DNA of 64,000 bases from Candidatus Krumholzibacteriia bacterium (GTDB lineage Bacteria > Krumholzibacteriota > Krumholzibacteriia > LZORAL124-64-63). The position numbers and the translations under genes are program-made. The stretch covers positions 165,501 through 229,500 of the forward strand of contig JBFXKG010000004.1 of assembly GCA_050174015.1 (NCBI GenBank), written 5' to 3'. Shown piece by piece: positions 40,977 to 49,425 of this stretch. Below the pieces are notes generated by a model, which ran no database searches, was not told the DNA's origin, and saw only the letters and a program-made list of their open reading frames with translations. The stretch's first letter is position 1. Each line of letters starts with the position of its first letter.

Positions 40977-41178
40977 CCCCCGGGGGGCCTACAATGCCAA
41001 TATCTGGCTCTAATCGCCCGTTTAGAGGCGTTTTCAGGAAAGTCGGCGGATTTTGAAGGTCACCAGGTCCGGGGGCAGGCTCGTCCCAAGCTGATCTTCT
41101 GGACCCTGAGCCGGGGCCGCGTGTACACGGTATACAGCTCCGCAGCTGGCCTCACCACCGTCCGGGCCTGGGTCGCCC
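40977..41178. repeat. Palindromic repeat element, copy 5
   Basis: Highly similar to 33945-34145 by eye. Confidence 0.8.
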
Positions 41179-41287
41179 TGCCATCAAAATGGGGGTTTTC
41201 GTAGACATCCTTTACCCCACCTCCCCCCTGCAGTACAATCCCCGGGTATCCCAACACGTTAGCCAGCCCCCCGGGGGACACCAGCCC

Positions 41288-42967
41288 ATGGCCCGCATGA
41301 TCCCCGAAGTCTTCGACCCCGCCACCACCAGCGCCGCCGAGCGCACGCTGTTCTATGCGCTGCAGGACGGGCTGGATCGCGGGTGGACCGTCATCCACGC
41401 CCTCAGCTGGACCGACGGCCAGGGCCGCTTCCTCAGGCAGGGCGAGTGCGACTTCGTGGTGCTGCATCCGGAGCGCGGGCTGCTCGCGATCGAGGTCAAG
41501 TCGGGCGCCCCCCGCTACGACAGCGGGCGCGGGGTGTGGGTGTACGATGACGGGCACACGCTGAAGGATCCCTTCGCCCAGGCGCGCGCATCGAGCCATC
41601 ACCTGGGGCGGATCCTCCAGGACCGCGCCCCCGGCTGGGCCCGGGCGGGCCTGCCCTTCGGCTACGCGGTGGCCTTTCCAGACGCCCGGGGCATCACCGG
41701 GAACCTGCTGCCCGAGATGACCCCCGACCTGATGCTGCTCGAGCCCGACCTCGGGCGGATCCAGCGGCGGTGCGAGGCGCTGCTCGAGCGGTTCTGGGAC
41801 GCGACGGGGACGGCCTCGGCCGCGGCGATGCAGGAGGCGCTGGACGTCCTGCAGCCCGAGTTCGGCCTGGTGGCGGGGCTGGGGCCGGGCCCGGACGGCG
41901 TCCTGCGGCAACAGGTGCGCCTGACGCGGGAGCAGATGCGCGCGCTCGACTTCATGGGCGGTAACCGGCGGCTGCTGGTCCGCGGCGGGGCGGGCACCGG
42001 CAAGACGGTGCTGGTCTGCGAGCAGGCCCGGCGGCTGGCGCGCACGGGGCAGGACGTGCTCATCCTCTGCTTCAACAACAGCCTGGAGCGGCATCTGCAG
42101 GAGGTGATGGGGGAATCGGGCCCGCCGGTGGTGATCGCCACCTTCCACGGGCTGTGCCGGCGGATCGTCGAGGAGACCGGCGGCGGGCTGCCCGTCCCCC
42201 GGGATGCGGCCGAGCAGGCCGCCTTCTGGAACGAGACCTTGCCGTGTGCGGCCCTCGACCGCCTGGACCGGTGGCCCGTGCGGTTCGACGCCGTACTGGT
42301 GGACGAGGCGCAGGACTTCCTGCCCGGCTGGTGGGTGCCGGTGGAGGGGTTGCTGCGGGACGGGGCGTCATCGCAGCTGCTGGTGGTCGGGGACGAGCGC
42401 CAGGACCTGTACCGCCGCGGCTTCGAGCTGCCGTTCACCGAGCCGGTGTGCGACCTCGACCTGAACTGCCGCAATACCCGGCAGATCGCGCGTTGGGTGC
42501 ACGAAGCGGCGGGGCTGGACGAGGGCGGAGCCAGGGATCCCCGCCTGGACGAGCTCCTGGACCGCCTGCCCGAGGGGCCCGAGGTCGAGGTGGTCACCGT
42601 GGCCGATGCCGCGGCCGAGGCCGAGGCCGTGCGCAAGACGCTGCACCGGCTGATCCACGACCAGGGGCTGTCCTGCGACCGGATCGCCATCCTGGGCAAG
42701 CACCGCATCGAGAAGTCGTGCTTTGCCGAGCGGCGCAAGCTGGGCAACGTGACGGTGACGGCCGAGGGGGAGGAGCCCATCCCCGGGGCGGTGCGGTATG
42801 CCACCATCCATAAATTCAAAGGCCTGGAGGCGGATTGCGTGCTGCTGGTGGGGGTCGGGGAACCCAGCGGGTACTTCACCCCCGAGGACGAGAAGCGGTT
42901 CCTGTACGTGGGCGGGTCGCGGGCAAGGTGGGGGCTGGTGGTTTTCGAGAGGGAGGGGGATCAGTGA
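41288..42967 (+). CDS. NERD nuclease + UvrD-like (SF1) helicase
   Basis: AE..ECDFVVL..IEVK; GGAGTGKT, VDEAQD, GDERQ, NCRNT, TIHKFKGLE, YVGGSRA. Confidence 0.88.
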   Translation: MARMIPEVFDPATTSAAERTLFYALQDGLDRGWTVIHALSWTDGQGRFLRQGECDFVVLHPERGLLAIEVKSGAPRYDSGRGVWVYDDGHTLKDPFAQARASSHHLGRILQDRAPGWARAGLPFGYAVAFPDARGITGNLLPEMTPDLMLLEPDLGRIQRRCEALLERFWDATGTASAAAMQEALDVLQPEFGLVAGLGPGPDGVLRQQVRLTREQMRALDFMGGNRRLLVRGGAGTGKTVLVCEQARRLARTGQDVLILCFNNSLERHLQEVMGESGPPVVIATFHGLCRRIVEETGGGLPVPRDAAEQAAFWNETLPCAALDRLDRWPVRFDAVLVDEAQDFLPGWWVPVEGLLRDGASSQLLVVGDERQDLYRRGFELPFTEPVCDLDLNCRNTRQIARWVHEAAGLDEGGARDPRLDELLDRLPEGPEVEVVTVADAAAEAEAVRKTLHRLIHDQGLSCDRIAILGKHRIEKSCFAERRKLGNVTVTAEGEEPIPGAVRYATIHKFKGLEADCVLLVGVGEPSGYFTPEDEKRFLYVGGSRARWGLVVFEREGDQ

Positions 42968-43875
42968 GTTCCAAGGTTTCGCAAAAAGAACGGGAGGCGA
43001 TCCTGGATAAGTTCCGGGAGATCAACGTCTGGAAACGAGGAGATGAGCGGGCCCCGAACAAGCCCCTCCTGCTGCTATTTGCCCTGGCCCGGGTTAGCCG
43101 GAATGAAGATCGGGAAGTCCGCTATCCCGAAATACATGAGAAGGTGGGAGGACTTCTTCGGGAATTCGGTCCACCGCGTCAGGTGGTCCATCCCGAATAT
43201 CCCTTCTGGCGCCTGCAAAACGATGGGATCTGGATCGTGCGCGATACTGATAAGCCAGGAATGCCCGCCCGTAATGGCGACCCCAAGGTGTCGGTATTGG
43301 TAAAGCACCAAATATCTGCAGGGTTTAATCCAGAGTTCGACCAGGCCCTGCGTAACGATTCTGCCTTGATTGCCGAATCTGCGGGCATCATTCTCGAGGC
43401 ACACTTCCCCGCCTCCATTCATGACGACATCTTAAGCGCGGTGGGAATGCAGTTGAGGGAAGCCTTCACACGACGGCAACGAGATCCGGCATTCCGGGAA
43501 AAGGTTCTCAGTGCCTATGGACGGAGATGCGCCGTTTGCGGGTACGATGTACGGCTCGGGAACCAACCCCTTGGGCTTGAAGCCGCCCACATCAAGTGGC
43601 ATCAGGCCGGAGGTCCGGATATAGAATCCAATGGCCTTGCCCTTTGCACCATGCACCACAAAATGCTGGATTTGGGAGCCATTTCATTGTCACCCGAAAG
43701 AAAAATTCTTGTCTCCCAGGATGTTAACGGGCTGAATGGAGTCGATGAGTGGCTCCTGAGGTTCAACCACCAACGGATCAGCCATCCGCTGACCAAGGAT
43801 CATATTCCCTCAGGTGAATTTATTAAATGGCATCGGGAACAGGTATTTAAAACGCCTGAACGAGAATTAACTTAA
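42964..43875 (+). CDS. SBD-HNH endonuclease (sulfur-binding-domain family, ScoMcrA-like)
   Basis: GTG overlaps NERD stop; RAPNKPLLLL, PEYPFWRL; CAVC, EAAHIKW, NGLALCTMHHKMLD. Confidence 0.75.
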   Translation: MSSKVSQKEREAILDKFREINVWKRGDERAPNKPLLLLFALARVSRNEDREVRYPEIHEKVGGLLREFGPPRQVVHPEYPFWRLQNDGIWIVRDTDKPGMPARNGDPKVSVLVKHQISAGFNPEFDQALRNDSALIAESAGIILEAHFPASIHDDILSAVGMQLREAFTRRQRDPAFREKVLSAYGRRCAVCGYDVRLGNQPLGLEAAHIKWHQAGGPDIESNGLALCTMHHKMLDLGAISLSPERKILVSQDVNGLNGVDEWLLRFNHQRISHPLTKDHIPSGEFIKWHREQVFKTPERELT

Positions 43876-43981
43876 TTTTCCTGATTTTTCGTTACCTGAC
43901 CAACGGGCTGTTTTAACAAATTTCAGCAGAATTTGGGGCCAATTCTAAGTTAAATGAAAAAACAGCATACTCCCCAATTAT

Positions 43982-44434
43982 TTAAAAAATGCAATCAGTA
44001 GAATCAATACTTTTTTCTGGGTCATCACCTGCGGCCCTTAAATTATCAATTAGGGCGTTAACCCTCATTGACCCAATTTTTTGCGTCGCCAACATTTCGG
44101 CCAAAATTTCCAAACCCCCGTTGGCAAATTCCTCGAATTGAAGTGCTATGTCCGTATCGGAATCTTCTTGAAGCGAAGCAATGTCCCTTGTTGCCAGAAG
44201 ACCAATCAGGTCAATGGCATTAAAGGGGAAATATTCTGGCCGAATGCCATCAATTTTTTTTGATGGCTCGGCAAACGAAACACGGCGTCCATTTTCAAAC
44301 CCCAATAGCGCTGCAAAAGCAAGGGCTTCCGCCATGGTGTCAAAGGTACCCTCTAATGAAAATTCCTGCCCCGCTCCTGCGAGCGACCGAACGAAATTTT
44401 CCTTATCCATGGGAACCCGAATACGCCTAGTCAT
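43982..44434 (-). CDS. DNA phosphorothioation-associated protein 4 (PbeD-like)
   Basis: RIRVP, FDTMAEALAFAALLG, FEEFANGGLEIL; last gene of the operon. Confidence 0.75.
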   Translation of the reverse strand: MTRRIRVPMDKENFVRSLAGAGQEFSLEGTFDTMAEALAFAALLGFENGRRVSFAEPSKKIDGIRPEYFPFNAIDLIGLLATRDIASLQEDSDTDIALQFEEFANGGLEILAEMLATQKIGSMRVNALIDNLRAAGDDPEKSIDSTDCIF

Positions 44435-44443
44435 TAGTTCTCC

Positions 44444-46534
44444 TTAAAGTTCAACAATTTGAGTATATTCGAACCCCGTCCTGGACTCCTCGACGAGACT
44501 AAAATCGCTCCCATCTATATTCACCAGGTAATCCTCCTTCTTCCGTTCGTCAAAATCGTGCCGAGTAGTAAAATATTTCATTAGATAATGTTTGCCGGTT
44601 TGGGGACCAATGGCCTCCTCAACCTCTCCACGATACTGTGTTGGAGTTACAAGTATAATAATTTGATCCGCAATACTTGCCAGTCGTGAAGCCACATGAC
44701 GTCTGTGCCCTGGGTCCAATTGCCCAAATGGTGCATCCATGAAAATCGGGTACTGGATATAGTCACCAGCACCAACTGCCGCATGCTTATAATACTTGCG
44801 AGTTTCATCAATAATTCCACCGAGGAAGGCCAGGCTGAGAACTTGGCTTTCGCCCCTTGATGGATCAACTGCTTCCGGGGCTTGGTCATTGGTAAAAAGA
44901 TCCACAGAGAAGTCATCGTTAACGATAACTTGATATGGAACAATCGTGATTTCATTATAAATTTTCTGAACTGAGGCCTCTAGCGACTCCCGAAAATCAT
45001 TCGCCAATCTGTCTCGAAGGTCTTGTGTCATTTGGGAAATGCACTTCGCCGCGCGTATTCGGAGAGACACAAGACTGTTGACATGCTTCTTCTTTCCAAC
45101 CTTTTCAATTTTTAAAGAAATTGCAGCTATCTCGCGTTCAAGTTCTGCCACTTTTCCTTCCAAACGTCCGATTTCTCGTTGCTTCGATTCGTAAAGCTCT
45201 TCTTCAGTTTCAACTGTTTTCTCAAGAACGGCAACAAGTTCAACGTTGCTGTCGACAAGTCGCCCTCTAATCTCGGCAAGTCCAGCTTCAATACTTTCAA
45301 TTTCCTCACCTTCTTCTCTAATTTGTTTTTGAATATTAAATGCCGCCTTCAGGAACCGAGCCGCTTCTTCTTGGACATTTTTCATATGGGCCACCATATG
45401 AATTACTTTTTCCTCCGCTATTGGAATTCCGGCTTTAATTCGCCATCTTTCAACTCTCTCACGCGCAACAGATCCTGGATCAAGAGGGGTTTCACAAATG
45501 CACCGACCAGTTTCAAGCAAATCTTCAATGAACTGCTTTTTAATTCCTTTGGGGAGTTCTCCTTTTTGTCTCATCTGAGTGGTAATGGTCTCAAATTGAG
45601 GGCGAATCTTATCAAGAAGAACAAGTGCACCATTCTTTGAAAATTCCGATTTCAACCTCGCCCTTAGCTCAATTTGTCTTTGTTCGGATCGAACTCTGGA
45701 ATTTTCCAACCGGCGACGTTGTTCTTCGAGGTCTTTGGAATTTTCTTGCCCAGCAAGCAGTTCTCTAGCTTCAAGTGCACTATTCTTATGACAGTCAGCT
45801 TCGCCTAAGCAAATTTCAAGATCCTCGCGATATACCTCTAGCCGTTCTTCACTTGCTCCCTTTTCCTGCACCAAGTCCTTAAGTTCATCGGGGCCTGTTT
45901 TTGCGAGTTCCCTTTCAAGCAATGAGATTGACTTGTTGATGTGGCGAAGGGTCCGGTCAAGGACTTCTACACCGAGCAGCTTTTTTGTTGCGTCAGCTAT
46001 TGTTTTCTTTTGTTCATTGTTTGGGTTTCCCAACCTAGCTGGGTTTTCCCCCTCAAAAAAGAAGTATCTACTCAGTTCCTGGGGAATAATTCTATTAATT
46101 AACAATTGGGCCGATTCAACGTCCATTGGCTGACTTTCACCGCTTGGGAGTTTTTGTATCAGTGTCAACCTGGTGGGCAATGCATTATCATCCCGCCTGT
46201 CATTTGGTCCTTTTAGGTAGTTGATCTCCCGCCGAAGAAAATAGAATATTACTTCACCATGTTCGCTATTTCGGAAGTTTAATTCCACCCAACAAGGGAG
46301 GTCGTCACCATCCTTGGCCTCGTATACTGCCTGCCTATTTAATAACTTACCGCTTGAAAAAGTTGTTGTCCCATATAGAGCCCACGTCAGGGCATTCAGC
46401 ATTGTCGTTTTCCCTGCCCCATTCACGGCATGGAGTAGGGTTACATTTTGGCCTCCAGCCGTACTGAATTTAACACGAGGAGTTTCGCCGTAAAAGCCAC
46501 GAAAATTGCAAAGCTTCACGTCAAGAAAAATCAT
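44444..46534 (-). CDS. SMC/Rad50-like coiled-coil ABC ATPase (PbeC-like)
   Basis: NFRGFYG, NGAGKTT, YFFFEGE, CICET zinc hook, SRGESQ, MDAPFGQLD. Confidence 0.8.
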   Translation of the reverse strand: MIFLDVKLCNFRGFYGETPRVKFSTAGGQNVTLLHAVNGAGKTTMLNALTWALYGTTTFSSGKLLNRQAVYEAKDGDDLPCWVELNFRNSEHGEVIFYFLRREINYLKGPNDRRDDNALPTRLTLIQKLPSGESQPMDVESAQLLINRIIPQELSRYFFFEGENPARLGNPNNEQKKTIADATKKLLGVEVLDRTLRHINKSISLLERELAKTGPDELKDLVQEKGASEERLEVYREDLEICLGEADCHKNSALEARELLAGQENSKDLEEQRRRLENSRVRSEQRQIELRARLKSEFSKNGALVLLDKIRPQFETITTQMRQKGELPKGIKKQFIEDLLETGRCICETPLDPGSVARERVERWRIKAGIPIAEEKVIHMVAHMKNVQEEAARFLKAAFNIQKQIREEGEEIESIEAGLAEIRGRLVDSNVELVAVLEKTVETEEELYESKQREIGRLEGKVAELEREIAAISLKIEKVGKKKHVNSLVSLRIRAAKCISQMTQDLRDRLANDFRESLEASVQKIYNEITIVPYQVIVNDDFSVDLFTNDQAPEAVDPSRGESQVLSLAFLGGIIDETRKYYKHAAVGAGDYIQYPIFMDAPFGQLDPGHRRHVASRLASIADQIIILVTPTQYRGEVEEAIGPQTGKHYLMKYFTTRHDFDERKKEDYLVNIDGSDFSLVEESRTGFEYTQIVEL

Positions 46535-46536
46535 TA

Positions 46537-46704
46537 TCAGTCCGTCTCCTTCGTGTCGTTCTGCGAAAAAACTCTTTTTAGAATTTGGACAATAGACTCA
46601 GGCATATTGCGCGGACGTAATTCAGACAGCCGTTCAGATTCTAAGCGGAGTATCTCACGAAATGCCTGATTCAATTTTTCCTGATCAATTTTATCAGAAT
46701 TCAC
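46537..46704 (-). CDS. 55-aa protein absent from the ORF track (PbeB-like)
   Basis: GTG overlaps the helicase TGA; MNSDKIDQEKLNQAFREILRLESERLSELRPRNMPESIVQILKRVFSQNDTKETD; stop 2 nt before next ATG. Confidence 0.7.
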   Translation of the reverse strand: MNSDKIDQEKLNQAFREILRLESERLSELRPRNMPESIVQILKRVFSQNDTKETD

Positions 46705-48815
46705 TGGGAGCCCTTTTCGTCAAAAACCGAAACTCCGTACTCTTTTCCCAATTTTCCAATGAGACTGCATGCTTGTCCAGAATTTTGTGAAAGCCTCGCA
46801 AATTCAAACGCCCTTAACAGCTCTTTCCGGACAAGTGATTTTATTGAGGCATCTGTCGCAGACCCGACCTGGGGAAGAACTAAAAAATCAAAGATGGTCG
46901 CCCGCTTTTTGCCTGGATGGCGCCTCAGCAAGCGACCTCTTCTTTGGATAAATTGCCGAGGGTTGGCCGTGCTTGCCATGATGAAGGCGGTCTTAATAGA
47001 GGGTAAATCTACCCCTTCGTCAAGACACCTAATTGCAACCAATGCCTGAATTGAGCCCTCATCAAGTGCGTCCAACAAACACCCCCTCATTTCAAATTCG
47101 GTCTCATATGTAAAACTAGCAACCCTCATCCCAAGTTCATGGGCAAGCCTAAAACATACGTTATCAATGTTTCGTTTTGTGTTTTCATCATCAAGGTCAT
47201 CAGCCTGGCCACTTCCGCAATAAACAAGAATATGACCATCGTCTTTGAAATCGGAGGCGCTTTTGATTAACTGATCAACCTTCTGAGCAGCATTTGAGAC
47301 AATTCGCGCCCTCTTTATAAGGAGGTTCTTAAGGATCTCCGACGACTTCGCGTCTTGGTTATTTCTACCGGAAAACCTGGCAATCTTAAGTGATAAATCA
47401 CAAAACCGATCATCTTCTTCGTCCGTCAAATCAACGCGGAGAATATTGTAAACATAGGGGCACAAAACACCGTCAATCAATGCCTGATCCAGGCTGTACT
47501 GGGGCTCTAGAATTTCACCAAAATATTCAAGAATTTTTGAGGTCCCCCCTTCATCGCCATGCCTTTCCGGTGTTGCTGAAAGGCCAAGCCGATATTTGAA
47601 CCCAACTGGCAAATTCTTATGATTTGCCCCTGAGCCAATATTATGGACTTCGTCGGCAATAATCAAAGTATTGGAAGGTAACCGTGGCAATAGGGACTGG
47701 AACCTTTGTCCCCGGAACCCATCGTTGGTGCATACAACGAAAAGCGGTGGGCTATTTGAATCTAGACTCGCAAGAGCGTCATCTAACCTATTCTGCCAAA
47801 TTGAAGCTGATCCAAAAATGGAAATTGGGCAAAATTTAAACTTGCAGGCTTCTTCCTCCCATTGCTTTACCAAATGAATATATGGCGCAACTATAATTAT
47901 GCTGTTTGAAAGTTTTTTCAAAACTAAGTTTGTCGACAATGCAAGTGCTGTAATCGTTTTTCCCGCCCCTGTTGCCAGCTTGAACACGCCCTTTCCGCCG
48001 GCACCGAACCAATTGCGGATGGCCTCCACCTGATAAGGTCGAAGGGTAAGTCCAGTTGGAAGTCCTGGCAACTCCCTGGTGGCTTTAAAATTCGCGTCAC
48101 GGGACATTGTTCGGTTGTGTTCTCCGGTATCTTCCTTAGGTTTTCGCGCGGGGCAATATGGACGGAGGAGCGACCGGGCAACGTCGGTAAAGTTAATTAC
48201 TGTCAATCCAGGATAGCAGTTGTCCCATAGTCGATCAAAATCTCGCTCGATTTCGTCTACATAAACAGCCGTTTGATCCCAGCTTCTATATGTGTTAAGT
48301 GTCTCATAATTGGAATCCCAGCCACCCAAAGACTCATTTCCTGAACCGCTAAATGCAATCCTATCACCACTTGCATCAGCAAATACACCTCCCTTCTCAT
48401 GGAATAGTCCTGCGCTCACCGTGGCCGCCCCCTTAAAGGCAATACGAATTTCTAAAGTGTTGTTCGCAATCATCCAGGCAAGAGCTTCAAGTCTGCGGCG
48501 TGCAACTAGATCGTAGATATTTTCAAACTCACGCTTAATTGCATGTTGAATGATTGCATTTCGGTCTTCATATCCTTGATTGATAGCTTCAATATCCTCG
48601 GTTGTCAGGTTGGGGGATGCGACTAAATACATTTTACCATCGTTAGCAATTAGAGAGGCAACTCCTCTTGAGGCAACGGAAAGTCCAAAGCTCGTAAAAA
48701 ACCCGACTGCCCGTTTGTACACCTGAGATGCAGCCAAACATGGCACGTAAAATTCTTTTACAAGATTGTGTTCCGCGGTGTTATAACGGATCCGGTGTTG
48801 TAAATCTCGCAACAT
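46701..48815 (-). CDS. PLD-nuclease + SF2 helicase (PbeA-like phosphorothioation restriction enzyme)
   Basis: EFYVPCL..RAVGFF; FHEK..GSGNES; ATGAGKT, DEVH, LSATP, QRRGRLLR. Confidence 0.85.
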   Translation of the reverse strand: MLRDLQHRIRYNTAEHNLVKEFYVPCLAASQVYKRAVGFFTSFGLSVASRGVASLIANDGKMYLVASPNLTTEDIEAINQGYEDRNAIIQHAIKREFENIYDLVARRRLEALAWMIANNTLEIRIAFKGAATVSAGLFHEKGGVFADASGDRIAFSGSGNESLGGWDSNYETLNTYRSWDQTAVYVDEIERDFDRLWDNCYPGLTVINFTDVARSLLRPYCPARKPKEDTGEHNRTMSRDANFKATRELPGLPTGLTLRPYQVEAIRNWFGAGGKGVFKLATGAGKTITALALSTNLVLKKLSNSIIIVAPYIHLVKQWEEEACKFKFCPISIFGSASIWQNRLDDALASLDSNSPPLFVVCTNDGFRGQRFQSLLPRLPSNTLIIADEVHNIGSGANHKNLPVGFKYRLGLSATPERHGDEGGTSKILEYFGEILEPQYSLDQALIDGVLCPYVYNILRVDLTDEEDDRFCDLSLKIARFSGRNNQDAKSSEILKNLLIKRARIVSNAAQKVDQLIKSASDFKDDGHILVYCGSGQADDLDDENTKRNIDNVCFRLAHELGMRVASFTYETEFEMRGCLLDALDEGSIQALVAIRCLDEGVDLPSIKTAFIMASTANPRQFIQRRGRLLRRHPGKKRATIFDFLVLPQVGSATDASIKSLVRKELLRAFEFARLSQNSGQACSLIGKLGKEYGVSVFDEKGSQ

Positions 48816-49053
48816 TTTTTGCTGCCCAATCAAGTCCTCAATACTCGTATATTAAGGCAGGGCAACGAGATCGGTCTCGTTTACCCTATTGCTCGAAAAT
48901 TGTAAAACAAATTTTTTTGGCTGTCGATTGCTTTTCGAGAGAAAATCTTCTTTGTAGTCGGCTCCCCTCCTCCGATTCTCCGTTTTGCCCTATACCTCTT
49001 TGGAAACGAGGGGAAAGGATCATTGGGGCTATATTCTTTTGTGATTCCCACAC

Positions 49054-49425
49054 TTAGATTAAGGCATACAAGTCGCTAACACCCTGCATTTTTTTGTTGG
49101 CCGCAAGATACGAAATCCCTCTGTGCAAATGAAGACGGAGTTGAATTGACAGGCTTTCGTCATCTATCGGAATCCCGTCTTTTCGACATCTCTCTATCAA
49201 CACCGCCCAATACAGCCCCTCAAGCCCGCCTGTGAACGTCCGCCAAGTCATCTCAATCGGATACTCAGTATCCTCCCGAAAGGCATGCGGCGGCGTAGGT
49301 TCACGCATGGAAACACAAAATGCCCACCGACACAGGACGTTCCAAGTCGGGATCTTTGTTCTCCTCTTTAATGTGGCTAGCTGGTCCTTTCCCGTCTTGG
49401 AAATCCTAACTGTCTCAATTGGCAT
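49054..49425 (-). CDS. dndE: DNA sulfur modification protein DndE
   Basis: KDQLATLKRRTKIPTWNVLCRWAFCVS, HLHRGISYL; AGGAGG RBS. Confidence 0.92.
   Translation of the reverse strand: MPIETVRISKTGKDQLATLKRRTKIPTWNVLCRWAFCVSMREPTPPHAFREDTEYPIEMTWRTFTGGLEGLYWAVLIERCRKDGIPIDDESLSIQLRLHLHRGISYLAANKKMQGVSDLYALI

Noticed and set aside
24454..41178. Classical integron attC or XerCD dif sites
   Set aside because: No RYYYAAC/GTTRRRY ends, no dif consensus, no intI in the window; kept only as an unclassified repeat
43982..48815. Calling the downstream genes dndFGH
   Set aside because: Architecture (PLD-helicase, tiny ORF, SMC ATPase, small protein) fits Pbe rather than DndFGH
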